50,856 nucleotides of DNA from Thermotogota bacterium (GCA_034660555.1 JAYEJL010000081.1:1-50856); one strand, 5' to 3'. Counted from the first letter of the stretch, positions 9,499 through 20,161 are shown. Made by a program: numbers and translations. The notes: generated from the letters alone by a model not told the origin.

Positions 9499-10170
9499 TT
9501 AAAGATAACCGCACCTGAACAATCGTCTTTTACTAACTGCACCAATTTTAAGCCATTCATCGGTACTTTTCTTATTCAAGCAATTCCTAACAGGCTGAAA
9601 GGTCAAACGATGCCAGATAGTTGGTTCATATTTTTTAATAGCCTCCAAATGTTTCTTCGTTCCATAACCTTTATTTGAAGCATAACAATATTCAGGATAA
9701 AGCATGTCAAGGTTTATCATAAGTCTATCCCTGTATACCTTGGCAAGAATGGAAGCTGCAGCAATCGAAGCGCTTTTAGAATCTCCTTCAATGATACATT
9801 CCCCATGATATTCTTCCATTGTGAGATTCTTTCCATCTATCAGAAGATATTTTGGTTTATTCTTCATTGCCACTACAGCTCTTCTTATAGCCATCCTTGT
9901 AGCATTCAAAATATTATATACATCTATCTCTTCAGGTGTCGCAATGCCTACGCTGAAAATGGAATTTTCAACTATTTGTTCAAATAATAGCTCACGCTTT
10001 TTTGGTGAAAGCTGCTTGGAATCATTTATGCCTTCAATCTCTAACTTGAGAATGACCGAGGCTGCTACTACAGGACCTGCCAGGGCTCCTCTTCCTGCTT
10101 CATCAATACCAGCTATCAATTTGTAGTTATTCACATACGGTTTATCGAACTCACTGAGACTTATTTTCAT
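9499..10170 (-). CDS. rnhB: Ribonuclease HII
   Basis: GIDEAGRGALAGPV, DSKQLS, IAAASILAKVYRD, KGYGT. Confidence 0.96.
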   Translation of the reverse strand: MKISLSEFDKPYVNNYKLIAGIDEAGRGALAGPVVAASVILKLEIEGINDSKQLSPKKRELLFEQIVENSIFSVGIATPEEIDVYNILNATRMAIRRAVVAMKNKPKYLLIDGKNLTMEEYHGECIIEGDSKSASIAAASILAKVYRDRLMINLDMLYPEYCYASNKGYGTKKHLEAIKKYEPTIWHRLTFQPVRNCLNKKSTDEWLKIGAVSKRRLFRCGYL

Positions 10171-10379
10171 TTGAGTGTTCCCCTGTCATAGCCTTTTGAA
10201 AATGTGACCCAATTTCAAATTTTTACAGTCTAATATACAAAGATTATTCAATGATTTTATATACCAATTATACTAGAATTGAAAATCCTTTTCATTTCAT
10301 ACAATAATTGAGGTTTGGGTGTTATTCAAGTGTTATAATTTCTTAAGTAATAATAATATCAGGAGGTGTGAAATACTTT

Positions 10380-10841
10380 ATGAACTATACTCAAGAGAAT
10401 TCAGCTTCTAAGACTGAGCAGGTCTTACGTTCAGTATATATAAGAATTAAAAGAGAAGGGCGCAAGGTTGTAAAAAATTTCCCCATTACACCAGCACAGT
10501 TTGACGTTTTGCAAATTCTATTTTTTCACGGGAAAAAGAGAATGAGTGATATAAGTCAGACACTTGAAATTACTAAAAGTACGACCACCGGACTGGTTGA
10601 TAGACTTATTGAAGCAGAATTTGTCAGAAAAAAGCAATCTCATGAAGACCGAAGGGCTTATATAATTGATATTACAAATAAAGGAAAAAAAGTTATCGAA
10701 AAGGTTATTGAGCGTCGTGTTAAGTTTTTAGAAGATATCCTAGACATCATGGACGACAGAAACAAAAAACAACTTCAGACTTCTCTCAATAGCTTGCTCG
10801 AAGCTATGGAACAATACTATGATAGGGAGGGAAAATTGTGA
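10380..10841 (+). CDS. MarR family transcriptional regulator
   Basis: ITPAQFDVL, STTTGLVDRL, EDRR...ITNKG. SD AGGAGGTG (10361-10368) overlaps the track's GTG 10368, so ATG 10380 is preferred. Confidence 0.9.
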   Translation: MNYTQENSASKTEQVLRSVYIRIKREGRKVVKNFPITPAQFDVLQILFFHGKKRMSDISQTLEITKSTTTGLVDRLIEAEFVRKKQSHEDRRAYIIDITNKGKKVIEKVIERRVKFLEDILDIMDDRNKKQLQTSLNSLLEAMEQYYDREGKL

Positions 10842-11497
10842 AAAAAACAATTGTAGTAATACTTGTAATTTTTCTTTTGACAATGACAGCTTTCTCAGCA
10901 CGCCTTTTAAGGATATCTGCTGACAACATTGTTAGCTCAGCTGAAAAAACAAAGCTTTCAGGTAACGTTTATATAGAGAAGGAAGAAGAGTTTACTGTGG
11001 TTACAGACGAAGCAACGTTAACTTCGAGTAACGGCGAATGGAGATATCTTGACACTTCGGGGTTGACTCACATAATTTTTTCAACCGGTGAAGCTACCAG
11101 CATGAGACTTAGTTACGACATTAATACATCTGAAGGTACTCTTGAAGATAATGTCGTTGCAAAGATAAATACAGAAGATGACCAGGAAATCAATATAAGA
11201 AGAGCTAAAAGCATTGAATTCAAGCTAGAAGAAGATTATTACAAAGGCAACTCCCTTCCAAAGAGTCATAAGGATTTTTCTCCGATAATCATTTTGTATA
11301 AAGGTGATATGGAAGCCAGAGCACTTTTCTTTGAATACTTTGCAAACGAAGACAGATTTCATCTAAAAGACGATGTATTCGTTCTTGACAAGAAAAACAA
11401 CCGTGAAATAAACGCGTCCGAACTTTGGTATAACACACAGGACGATTCTTTTGAAGGAAGCAACGTTGAATTGCAAATTACATTAGAGGAGGATTGA
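10838..11497 (+). CDS. Exported LptA/OstA-like beta-jellyroll protein
   Basis: Signal peptide ending AFS-A; repeated OstA-like segments ISADNI, LSGNVYI, LEDNVVA, LKDDVFV, INASELWYN, FEGSNV. Confidence 0.6.
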   Translation: MKKTIVVILVIFLLTMTAFSARLLRISADNIVSSAEKTKLSGNVYIEKEEEFTVVTDEATLTSSNGEWRYLDTSGLTHIIFSTGEATSMRLSYDINTSEGTLEDNVVAKINTEDDQEINIRRAKSIEFKLEEDYYKGNSLPKSHKDFSPIIILYKGDMEARALFFEYFANEDRFHLKDDVFVLDKKNNREINASELWYNTQDDSFEGSNVELQITLEED

Positions 11498-11498
11498 G

Positions 11499-12773
11499 AT
11501 GCTGGACTTGAAGCTCATAAGAGAAAAACCGGAACGAGTTAAAGAAGGACTAAAAAGCAGGAAAATCGATATCTCCATAGTTAATGAAATTTTAGAACTC
11601 GATGAAAAAAGAAGAAAAGCAATTTCTGACTCCGACCAGTTGAAGGCTGAGAGAAATCAAATTTCCTCAAAAATAGCCAAGGAAAAACGGGAAGGAAATA
11701 ATGAGAAAGCCAAAGAGCTTCAAGACAGAGCTAAAGAAATTTCAACCAGTGTGAAGGAACAGTCTGAAATAGCGAAAAATATAGATAACAAGGTTAGGAA
11801 CCTGGTACTTCATTTACCCAATATCCCCAATGAGAGCGTTCCGATAGGCAACAATGAAGAAGACAATATTACTGTAAAAACCTGGGGCGATGTACCAGAA
11901 TTTAATTTCGATGTTCAACCTCACTGGGATCTTGGTCCAGAAATTGGCATGATAGATTTTGACACATCAGCAAAACTCAGTGGTGCCCGATTTGTCCTTT
12001 TGAGAAAACAAATTGCAAAGCTGAGTAGAGCATTACAGAATTTCATGCTGGATCTCCACACTACCGAGCATGGATATGAAGAGGTACTGCCTCCTCATAT
12101 AGTAACCAGAGAGACCATGCTATCTACAGGACAGCTCCCAAAATTTGAAGAAGAAGCTTTTAGAACAGATCCGGATGATATGTTTCTCATACCAACTGCA
12201 GAGGTTCCACTTGTTGCACAACATAAAGATGAAATCCTTGAAATGGATCGCTTACCTTTAAAGTATGCTGCCTTCACTCCATGTTACAGAAGAGAGGCAG
12301 GAAGTCATGGAAAGGATGTTCGCGGGATGGTTCGTGTTCACCAGTTTGATAAAGTTGAACTCGTCTGGTTTACAAAACCTGAAGAATCCTACGATGCGCT
12401 GGAGGAGCTGACCGGTCATGCTGAAAAGGTTCTCAAACTGTTGAAACTCCCTTACAGAGTGGTTACGCTTTGTACAGCAGATCTTGGTTTTGCATCCGCA
12501 AAAACCTACGATGTTGAAGTTTGGCTTCCTTCCTACTCAGATTATAAAGAAATCTCTTCGTGCAGTAACACAGAAGACTTCCAGGCGAGACGATGTAATA
12601 CAAGATTCAGAGGCAAAGACAACAGGATTAAATATGTTCATACACTTAATGGTTCAGGACTTGCCATAGGAAGAACATTAATAGCGATAATCGAAAACTA
12701 CCAGAGAACTGATGGTCGTATCGATGTGCCCGATGTACTTATTCCATATATGGGTACGGAGGTAATCGGCTAA
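11499..12773 (+). CDS. serS: Serine--tRNA ligase
   Basis: MLDLKLIR, LIPTAEVP, RREAGS, RVHQFDKVE, EISSCSN, HTLNGSGLA. Confidence 0.98.
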   Translation: MLDLKLIREKPERVKEGLKSRKIDISIVNEILELDEKRRKAISDSDQLKAERNQISSKIAKEKREGNNEKAKELQDRAKEISTSVKEQSEIAKNIDNKVRNLVLHLPNIPNESVPIGNNEEDNITVKTWGDVPEFNFDVQPHWDLGPEIGMIDFDTSAKLSGARFVLLRKQIAKLSRALQNFMLDLHTTEHGYEEVLPPHIVTRETMLSTGQLPKFEEEAFRTDPDDMFLIPTAEVPLVAQHKDEILEMDRLPLKYAAFTPCYRREAGSHGKDVRGMVRVHQFDKVELVWFTKPEESYDALEELTGHAEKVLKLLKLPYRVVTLCTADLGFASAKTYDVEVWLPSYSDYKEISSCSNTEDFQARRCNTRFRGKDNRIKYVHTLNGSGLAIGRTLIAIIENYQRTDGRIDVPDVLIPYMGTEVIG

Positions 12774-13463
12774 GTGGCCAATGCATATTATGTATTGCCA
12801 GAGAAAGATAATGTAAAATTAAACCAGACAGAAACACATCATCTTAGAGTTACAAGAGCCAGTATTGGTGAAAGGCTTTTAGGACTTGATGGAAAAGGTA
12901 ATCTTTACACATTTGAATTAACCAGTTTAAATAAAGAAGAAGCCATGGGAAAGATTGTTAAGAAAGATGAAGTAAAACATGACAACAAAGTAGTAACCAT
13001 GGCAATTGCTGCCACAAAATGGCCTGCATTAAGAATAGCCCTGGAAAAAGCAACCGAGCTTGGGGTGGACAGAATCGAGATTTTTCATTCAGATCGTTCT
13101 GTAGCCAGGTTTGATGAAAGGAAAATAACAAGAATAGAAAAAATAATCATAGAAGCGTCTAAACAATGTGTCAATCCGTTTTTCCCGGAGTTTGAAATTA
13201 CCAACTCACTTAATGATAATAAAGATTCTTTCGATTTAATTCTTGACCCTTCTGGAACACAGCCAAAAAAAGTTATGGAAAGTCTTTCTAAGAATACCAA
13301 CGTAAGAATCATTGTTGGCCCGGAAGGCGGCTTCAATCAGATAGAGCTCGATGAACTCGGAAAGTCTGGACGCTTTATGTCACTTGGAAAACGAATTTTG
13401 CGTGTTGAAACATCGGTAATAGTGTCACTGGCTTATGTGAATCTTGCATTTAACAGGTTGTAA
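12774..13463 (+). CDS. rsmE: 16S rRNA (uracil1498-N3)-methyltransferase
   Basis: EKATELGV, EASKQC, VGPEGGF, LGKRILRVET. Confidence 0.93.
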   Translation: MANAYYVLPEKDNVKLNQTETHHLRVTRASIGERLLGLDGKGNLYTFELTSLNKEEAMGKIVKKDEVKHDNKVVTMAIAATKWPALRIALEKATELGVDRIEIFHSDRSVARFDERKITRIEKIIIEASKQCVNPFFPEFEITNSLNDNKDSFDLILDPSGTQPKKVMESLSKNTNVRIIVGPEGGFNQIELDELGKSGRFMSLGKRILRVETSVIVSLAYVNLAFNRL

Positions 13464-13488
13464 TGACTATTTCTACGGAGGTGACAGT

Positions 13489-13848
13489 ATGGGTGAAAAG
13501 CTCTCTTTTATCAAGCACTACAACGAAATGGAACATGAATACCGTGAAAAACTAAACGATGCAAAAACGATGTCTGATGTTGGTGATGTTTTCATTGATC
13601 ATGTTTTCGAATTTCTTTCCAGAATCGACTTTGATCTTAAAAAAAGAAACATAGAACATATCGTATTTACTCCAGAAAAAGAGAAAACCTACTACCTGGA
13701 AAAACCTTTACGTGAAAAAGCAGAAAATCTTTTCAAAACAAGCGATTTGGAGAGTATTCTTGAGAAAATGGCGGAAGACGCCAAACACAGGTTCATGAAA
13801 ATACAACAGGATCAAGACAGGACCGAGATGTTCAGAAGAGGTCAATAA
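13489..13848 (+). CDS. Hypothetical cytoplasmic protein
   Basis: SD GGAGGTG before ATG 13489 (track 13444); tight operon spacing; no motif recognised. Confidence 0.7.
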   Translation: MGEKLSFIKHYNEMEHEYREKLNDAKTMSDVGDVFIDHVFEFLSRIDFDLKKRNIEHIVFTPEKEKTYYLEKPLREKAENLFKTSDLESILEKMAEDAKHRFMKIQQDQDRTEMFRRGQ

Positions 13849-13850
13849 GA

Positions 13851-14777
13851 ATGATCCTGACTCTCACCATGAACCCCTGTCTTGACAGATATTATTACAT
13901 AGATAAACTTAAAAAAGACGATACCATAAGGGTAAATGAAATGATTGATTACCCCGCGGGAAAGGGAATTGACATTTCTAGAGCGATAAATGAAATGAGG
14001 GGGCACTCTGTTGCAATAACGCTTCTTGGTGGTGATACCGGAAGACAGATAATGGAAATGCTCGATAAAGAAGGTGTCGTATACTCCACGGTGAATCTTA
14101 ACAATAATACCCGAACAAACCTAATTCTTCAGACAAAAGAAAAACAATTCAGATTCAGTGTTCCCGGATCTTCCATCGATAAAATTGAAGAAAAAAAGGT
14201 TATAAAAAACGTTGAAACCCTTTTGAGAAAGGGAGATTATCTACTAATTTCGGGAAGCGTGCCCGAAGGTTTACCCAATGATTTTTACTACAAAATAATC
14301 AATAACGCAAACAAAATCGGAGCAAGGGTATATTTTGACACGGATAATCAGTTATTACTTGAAGGAATAAAAGCTTCTCCGTATGGTATAAAACCAAATT
14401 TGCATGAATTCTCGAGATTAATCGATAGTAAATTGGACAGCGAAGAACAAATAATAAAATCCTTAAAGGAATCTTCCAAAAGGTATTCCATTAAAGAAAT
14501 ACTTCTGACTATGGGTAAAGATGGAGCTATTTGTTTTATTGAAGGTTCAATATTCAAAGTAAGTGTACCCGAAGTCAAGGTTGGCAGTTCTGTTGGTGCG
14601 GGAGATACATTTCTTGGAGTCTACTGCATGTATCGTGAAATGGATCGTGAGCCTGAACACTGTCTGAAAATGGCAGGCGCTGCCAGCTCAGCTGCCACGA
14701 TGACTTCCGGTACTAAATTATGTAAATATGATGGTGTTATGAATCTGATTGATAAAGTGTTTGTAGAAAGAATTTGA
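13851..14777 (+). CDS. 1-phosphofructokinase family hexose kinase (PfkB)
   Basis: TLTMNPCLD, GKGIDIS, SGSVPEG, KPNLHE, VGAGD. Confidence 0.9.
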   Translation: MILTLTMNPCLDRYYYIDKLKKDDTIRVNEMIDYPAGKGIDISRAINEMRGHSVAITLLGGDTGRQIMEMLDKEGVVYSTVNLNNNTRTNLILQTKEKQFRFSVPGSSIDKIEEKKVIKNVETLLRKGDYLLISGSVPEGLPNDFYYKIINNANKIGARVYFDTDNQLLLEGIKASPYGIKPNLHEFSRLIDSKLDSEEQIIKSLKESSKRYSIKEILLTMGKDGAICFIEGSIFKVSVPEVKVGSSVGAGDTFLGVYCMYREMDREPEHCLKMAGAASSAATMTSGTKLCKYDGVMNLIDKVFVERI

Positions 14778-14801
14778 AGCCGGGGATAACCCGGCTTTTT
14801 T
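14777..14801. terminator. Intrinsic terminator between convergent kinase and prfA
   Basis: AAGCCGGG-GATAA-CCCGGCTT followed by a T run. Confidence 0.85.
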
Positions 14802-15882
14802 AGTTGTTTACTTCTTTAAGCAGTTCTTGGAGTTTGAGCTTTAACTCTTCTTCTGTAATGCTTTCAATAATCTCATCTAATTCTCCATTCAAAACATCTT
14901 CCAGGCGGTGGGTGGTGAAGTTTATCCTGTGATCGGTTATCCTGTTCTGGGGAAAATTATACGTTCTGATCTTTTCACTCCGATCCCCTGTTCCTATTTG
15001 AGTTTTTCTTCTATTCGAGAGCTTTTCATCCTGTTCTCTAACCTTTTTGTCATATAACTTGGCTCTCAAAAAGTTCATCGCCTTTTGTTTATTTTGATGC
15101 TGAGACCTTTCGCTCTGAACGGCTACTACTATTCCAGTTGGATTGTGAACTATTCTAACCGCTGAATCGGTTTTATTAACGTGCTGTCCACCAGCCCCGG
15201 AAGCTCTGTAAGTATCTATTCTTAAATCACCAGGATCTATCTCAACATCGACCTCTGTAGCCTCAGGAAGAACGGCAACGGTGGCAGTGGAGGTATGTAT
15301 TCTACCTCCTGATTCCGTTTCTGGAACCCTCTGAACCCTATGAACGCCACTTTCGTATTTCATTATCGTGTAGGCTTCTTTACCTTTTATGTGAAAAACC
15401 ACTTCCTTAAAACCACCAAGATCGGTTTCATTGGAATTTATCAACTCTACCTTCCAGCCTCTGTTTTCTGCAAAACGTGTGTACATTTTGAATAAATCTC
15501 CAGCAAACAGCGCGGCTTCTTCCCCGCCTGCTCCTGCTCTAATCTCAACTATTGTATTTCGATCACTGTTTCTGTCAGGAACTAGAAGCAGCTTTAAATC
15601 CATTTCAAGTTTTTTTCGTTCTCTTTTAAGGCTGTCAATAGTTTGCTTTATTTCTTCAGATTCATCTTCCGAAGCACTTTCCAATAGTTCCTTCCATCCA
15701 TCGATTTCTTCTTCTTTGCTCTTTAAATCGTTGTATATTTGAGAAATTGTCTTGAGTCTTGAATGCTCTTTACTCAGTTCCTTTAATCTATCACTATCTG
15801 AAATAACCGAAGGATCCGATAATTCCTTTTCCACTTCCTTCAGTTTTTCTTTGAAATTCCTCACTATTTTGTCAAGATCCAT
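14800..15882 (-). CDS. prfA: Peptide chain release factor 1
   Basis: [15 protein letters not shown] (PxT specificity motif of RF1), IRTYNFPQ. Confidence 0.97.
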   Translation of the reverse strand: MDLDKIVRNFKEKLKEVEKELSDPSVISDSDRLKELSKEHSRLKTISQIYNDLKSKEEEIDGWKELLESASEDESEEIKQTIDSLKRERKKLEMDLKLLLVPDRNSDRNTIVEIRAGAGGEEAALFAGDLFKMYTRFAENRGWKVELINSNETDLGGFKEVVFHIKGKEAYTIMKYESGVHRVQRVPETESGGRIHTSTATVAVLPEATEVDVEIDPGDLRIDTYRASGAGGQHVNKTDSAVRIVHNPTGIVVAVQSERSQHQNKQKAMNFLRAKLYDKKVREQDEKLSNRRKTQIGTGDRSEKIRTYNFPQNRITDHRINFTTHRLEDVLNGELDEIIESITEEELKLKLQELLKEVNN

Positions 15883-16934
15883 TAAATTAACCTCCTGGAA
15901 ATACTCTGCGGATCTCTTGCAAAAGCCTTTACTTGTTCTCTGGTGATAATACCACTTCTATATGCCTTTATTAGCGCATCATCAAAGGTTACCGTGCCTA
16001 ACTTTCCACCTGCCTGCATCATGGAATTAATCTGATGGAATTTCTGTTCTCTAATTAGGTTTCTTATGGCCTGGTTAACAACCATGATTTCTATTACAGC
16101 TATCCTGCCTTTACCGTCTTTTCTTTTTAATAGTCTCTGATATATAACCGCTATCAAAGTGTTAGCAAGTTGCATCGCGATCTGATTCTGCTGGTGTGGA
16201 GGGAAAACGCCTACAATACGTTCCGGGGTTGTTGCTGCTGAATTGGTGTGTATGGTTGAAAAGACCAGATGTCCCGTTTCTGCTGCTGTCATAGCCAGTT
16301 CCATTGTTTCTGAATCTCTCATCTCTCCAACCAGAATAACATCCGGATCCTGTCTCATAGCATATTTCAAACCATTGTAGAAGGAACGTGTGTCTCCTCC
16401 CAGCTCACGCTGATGAATCAATGCCTTTTTTCCCTTGAAAACATATTCAATAGGATCTTCGATGGTTATTATATGAACCTGTCTTCTCACATTAATATAT
16501 TCAAGCATAGCCGCGAGAGTGGTTGATTTTCCACTACCGGTTGGTCCCGCAACAAGTACAAGTCCCTTATCTGGTTCACAAAAATCTTTGAACATTTTGG
16601 GCAAACCCAGATCATCTATTGTCCTAATTTCCCTGGGAATTATACGAAGCGCAATTACTGGAGATTTAACAGAGAAGTACAGATTGCCACGTATTCTGGA
16701 TTCATCAAAACCGAAAGAGAAGTCGACTTCGTTTTCATCAACATTCTTCAGTCTTCTATCTGACATAGATTGCAATTCATCAATGAGTTTATTCATAATA
16801 GGTTTTTCTACCATAAATTCTTCATCATGAACAAGGTTCCCCTCTACACGATACATCACATTCTGATCTACTGTTAAGTGAATATCACTGGCTTCCATTT
16901 CTTCACCTTTTTTAACAATTTTTTCTATGTACAC
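15882..16934 (-). CDS. pilT: Type IV pilus retraction ATPase PilT
   Basis: [57 protein letters not shown]. Confidence 0.93.
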   Translation of the reverse strand: MYIEKIVKKGEEMEASDIHLTVDQNVMYRVEGNLVHDEEFMVEKPIMNKLIDELQSMSDRRLKNVDENEVDFSFGFDESRIRGNLYFSVKSPVIALRIIPREIRTIDDLGLPKMFKDFCEPDKGLVLVAGPTGSGKSTTLAAMLEYINVRRQVHIITIEDPIEYVFKGKKALIHQRELGGDTRSFYNGLKYAMRQDPDVILVGEMRDSETMELAMTAAETGHLVFSTIHTNSAATTPERIVGVFPPHQQNQIAMQLANTLIAVIYQRLLKRKDGKGRIAVIEIMVVNQAIRNLIREQKFHQINSMMQAGGKLGTVTFDDALIKAYRSGIITREQVKAFARDPQSISRRLI

Positions 16935-17032
16935 TATTTCACCTCCAGTAATCTTAATTTTATCATAATAGTGATTACACTACCCTGCTATAATTGATCT
17001 ATGTAAACGTTCACAGGAGGGAAATCCTAATA

Positions 17033-18460
17033 TTGATTTATCAACTATATCTACGTTCCTTTGCGGACAGCAACGGAGATGGAATAGGTGATTTTCAGGG
17101 TGCAACCAGGAAATTGGATTATTTGAAAAACCTTGGTTTTGACTCAATATGGTTAATGCCTGTTATGTTATCCCCATCCTATCACGGTTATACTATTTCA
17201 GATCACTATGAAGTAAATCCCATATATGGCAATTTTGATGATTTATTATTATTCATAGAAAAAGCCCACAAAAGAAATATTAAAGTTATTTTAGATTTAC
17301 CGCTGACCCATACATCCGTAAATCACGAATGGTTCAAAGGATTTTTACACAACAAGAACCCCTTCAAAAATTGGTATCTGGATCTAAATAATAGAGCATG
17401 GCTTATGGCAAAACGTCCATGGGACGGGCATAGTCTTTGGGGAAAATTCAACAATAAATGGTACTATTCTCTTTTTGGTCCAACCTCTCCTTCTCTTAAT
17501 TATGAAGACCCGTTGTTGATAAAAGAAATTGAGAATATAAGTATTTTCTGGTTGAGTAAAGGATTTGATGGCTTTCGTTTTGACGCCGCCAAACATATTT
17601 TCGATTTTTCTATAGACGAGGGCAGGTTTGAATATCAACATGAAAAAAACCTTTCTTTCTGGAAAAATCTTATACAAGTAATGTCGAAGTCCAAGGAAAA
17701 ACATTTCTTCATTGGCGAAGTCTGGGATGAACAGGAAGTGGTTGAGCGTTATTCAGCTGTTTTTGGAGCGGGTTTTAATTTCCCCTTATCATACGCTATA
17801 AAAGAAAGCGTTAAAGATCGTAATCCAGAACGTCTCCACGAGGCAATTAACGCAACATTGATTAACAAAAAATATATTCCAGTTAATTTTCTTAATAATC
17901 ATGATATGTCCAGAACGCTCACCTATATGAAGGGCAGCAAGCGAAAAACATTGTTTTCCTATTCCATTCTGTTAACCCTCCCTGGCATACCTTGCATATA
18001 TTACGGAGAAGAGCTAGGCATGAAAGGTAAATACCATAAAAATTACACAGAAGAAGTTTTGGAGCCTTTCCCCTGGTATCAAGGAGGAACTGGCCCGTTC
18101 CAAACTGAATGGAAGGCAACTAACAAAAACACCCCCTATTCAGATATTTCACTTGAATACCAGAAGGAAAAACGTGACTCATATTTCAACAAATTCAAGA
18201 AAATGTTGAGTTTCAGGGCACAAAGAAAATGGATTGATTTAGCAACAATTACTGCTATCAATGTGAAAAAAGATCTTTTCTCAATTGTTCTGAAGAATAG
18301 TAATCATACAGTTCGTTTATACTATAATTATTCTGTCAATAGGAAAAAAATACCAAATAAGTCGGAGTCACCAGTTGAAATATGTGGAACGATAAATAGT
18401 AGAAACGACTATCTGGAGATTCTTCCCTTCTCTACTTTAGCAGTAGAAAAAAAGGGCTGA
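17033..18460 (+). CDS. Cytoplasmic GH13 alpha-amylase family protein
   Basis: RSFADSNGDGIGD, SPSYHGY, catalytic GFRFDAAKH / GEVW / NNHD. Start TTG 17033 or ATA 17030 after AGGAGG (track 16994). Confidence 0.88.
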   Translation: MIYQLYLRSFADSNGDGIGDFQGATRKLDYLKNLGFDSIWLMPVMLSPSYHGYTISDHYEVNPIYGNFDDLLLFIEKAHKRNIKVILDLPLTHTSVNHEWFKGFLHNKNPFKNWYLDLNNRAWLMAKRPWDGHSLWGKFNNKWYYSLFGPTSPSLNYEDPLLIKEIENISIFWLSKGFDGFRFDAAKHIFDFSIDEGRFEYQHEKNLSFWKNLIQVMSKSKEKHFFIGEVWDEQEVVERYSAVFGAGFNFPLSYAIKESVKDRNPERLHEAINATLINKKYIPVNFLNNHDMSRTLTYMKGSKRKTLFSYSILLTLPGIPCIYYGEELGMKGKYHKNYTEEVLEPFPWYQGGTGPFQTEWKATNKNTPYSDISLEYQKEKRDSYFNKFKKMLSFRAQRKWIDLATITAINVKKDLFSIVLKNSNHTVRLYYNYSVNRKKIPNKSESPVEICGTINSRNDYLEILPFSTLAVEKKG

Positions 18461-18475
18461 TTAAATCAGCCCTTT
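18451..18475. terminator. Intrinsic terminator hairpin after the GH13 gene
   Basis: AAAGGGCTGAT-TAA-ATCAGCCCTTT. Confidence 0.7.
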
Positions 18476-18553
18476 ATAGGTACAATTATAGGGGGGTAAG
18501 CTCGACTCTTAGACAAAGTTATACCCCTGGTAGTTCAAGAAAGGAAAAAAATT

Positions 18554-19486
18554 ATGGATTTGGAAAGAAACAGGATAGCAAAAAAAACCTCTATTATAGG
18601 AATAGTAGTAAATAGCATTCTTGCATTTTTTAAGATCACTTTCGGATTTTTAAGCGGTAGTGTTTCCATACTCGGAGATGGTGTAGATTCGGCTTCAGAC
18701 ATAATCACTTCTGCAATAACACTGGTCTCAACACAAATTTCGGCAAAACCGCCGGATAAGGAACATCCTTACGGTCACGAGCGTGCTGAAACAATAGCAA
18801 CCAAAGTAGTATCTATGATCATTTTTTTCGCCGGTGGTCAGCTTGCTCTAACAAGTATTCAAAGGTTGTTTCAGGGTATACCGGAAATAAAGGATATAGG
18901 AATTATAATCGTGATCTCAGCTGTTTCAATTGCAACAAAGTTCTTCCTTTTTAGATATAAGTATAGAATTGGGAAAAATATTGATAGCTCAGTATTTATC
19001 GCGGATGCTTACAACATGAGAAATGATATTTTAATTTCTCTCTCCGTCCTCACAGGCATGCTGGTAATTTATTTTACTGATTTGGTTATCATAGATACAC
19101 TGCTGGGTATTTTTGTTTCAGCTATAGTTATAAAGAATGCTGTTGAACTTTTCCAGGAAAGCAGCCAGGAACTTATGGATGGTATTGACCAAAAAAACGA
19201 TGTTTACAGGCAATTGTTCAATTCACTAAAGAATTTGGATGAAGTAAGAAACCCTCACAAAGTTAGAATTAGAAAAATGGGTTATAAATATCTTGTGGAC
19301 CTTGATATTGAGGTCAATGGGTCACTTCAGGTCAGAGAAGCACACAAAATAGCAAAGAACGTTGAAGAGACTATTAAAGAAAAGAACAAGAATATATATG
19401 ACGTACATGTTCATGTAGAACCCTCAGGAAATATCGAAGACGAGAAATATGGTGTTAGCAATGATGAGGTTGACACAGAGAATTAA
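18554..19486 (+). CDS. Cation diffusion facilitator family transporter (FieF-like)
   Basis: GDGVDSASD, KPPDKEHPYGHERAE, ADAYNMRND, VHVHVEP, several TM segments. Confidence 0.92.
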   Translation: MDLERNRIAKKTSIIGIVVNSILAFFKITFGFLSGSVSILGDGVDSASDIITSAITLVSTQISAKPPDKEHPYGHERAETIATKVVSMIIFFAGGQLALTSIQRLFQGIPEIKDIGIIIVISAVSIATKFFLFRYKYRIGKNIDSSVFIADAYNMRNDILISLSVLTGMLVIYFTDLVIIDTLLGIFVSAIVIKNAVELFQESSQELMDGIDQKNDVYRQLFNSLKNLDEVRNPHKVRIRKMGYKYLVDLDIEVNGSLQVREAHKIAKNVEETIKEKNKNIYDVHVHVEPSGNIEDEKYGVSNDEVDTEN

Positions 19487-19529
19487 TTAGGCAATTTCCT
19501 AATTAATAATTAATACAAATTGATATAAT
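19482..19529 (+). promoter_or_regulatory. 26-bp near-perfect palindrome plus extended -10 upstream of rubrerythrin
   Basis: ATTAATTAGGCAATTTCCTAATTAAT (19482-19507; 24/26 positions match its reverse complement); TGATATAAT at 19521-19529. Confidence 0.55.
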
Positions 19530-19562
19530 GGTTTTATACACCAAAACTTTGGAAGTGAAGTA

Positions 19563-20150
19563 ATGAGTTTAAAGGGAACAGAAACCCTTAAAAACCTTAT
19601 GAAAGCTTTTGCAGGTGAGTCTCAGGCAAGAAATCGATACACATTTTACGCTTCAAAAGCAAAAAAAGAAGGATTTGAACAAATATCCGCAATATTTAAG
19701 GAAACTGCGGATAATGAAAAAGAACATGCCGAAGTGTTCTTTAAACATATAGTTGAAGGACTTGATGAACTTCCGGAAAAGCTTCCTGTAAATGCTGATT
19801 ATCCTGTTGATCTTCGTGGAACATATGAAAATCTCATCGCAGCTGCTGCTGGAGAGAATGAGGAATGGACAGAACTATATCCAAATTTCGCTGATACGGC
19901 TGAAAAAGAAGGTTTCAGAGAAATCGCAAATTCCTTCAGGCAGATAACAAAGGTTGAGAAAAAACACGAGGAAAGGTATTTGAAGCTCGCTGAAAATGTA
20001 AAAAATGATCGCGTTTTTGAAAGAGATGAGAAGGTTTTATGGAAATGCAGAAATTGTGGATACATACTAGAAGCGAAAGCTCCACCAGAAATTTGCCCTG
20101 CCTGTAAACATCCAAAAGCTTTCTTTGAGCTTTTTGTGGAAAATTATTGA
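19563..20150 (+). CDS. rbr: Rubrerythrin
   Basis: [26 protein letters not shown]-terminal WKCRNCGY...CPACKHP rubredoxin-like site. Confidence 0.96.
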   Translation: MSLKGTETLKNLMKAFAGESQARNRYTFYASKAKKEGFEQISAIFKETADNEKEHAEVFFKHIVEGLDELPEKLPVNADYPVDLRGTYENLIAAAAGENEEWTELYPNFADTAEKEGFREIANSFRQITKVEKKHEERYLKLAENVKNDRVFERDEKVLWKCRNCGYILEAKAPPEICPACKHPKAFFELFVENY

Positions 20151-20161
20151 CAATAAACTCC

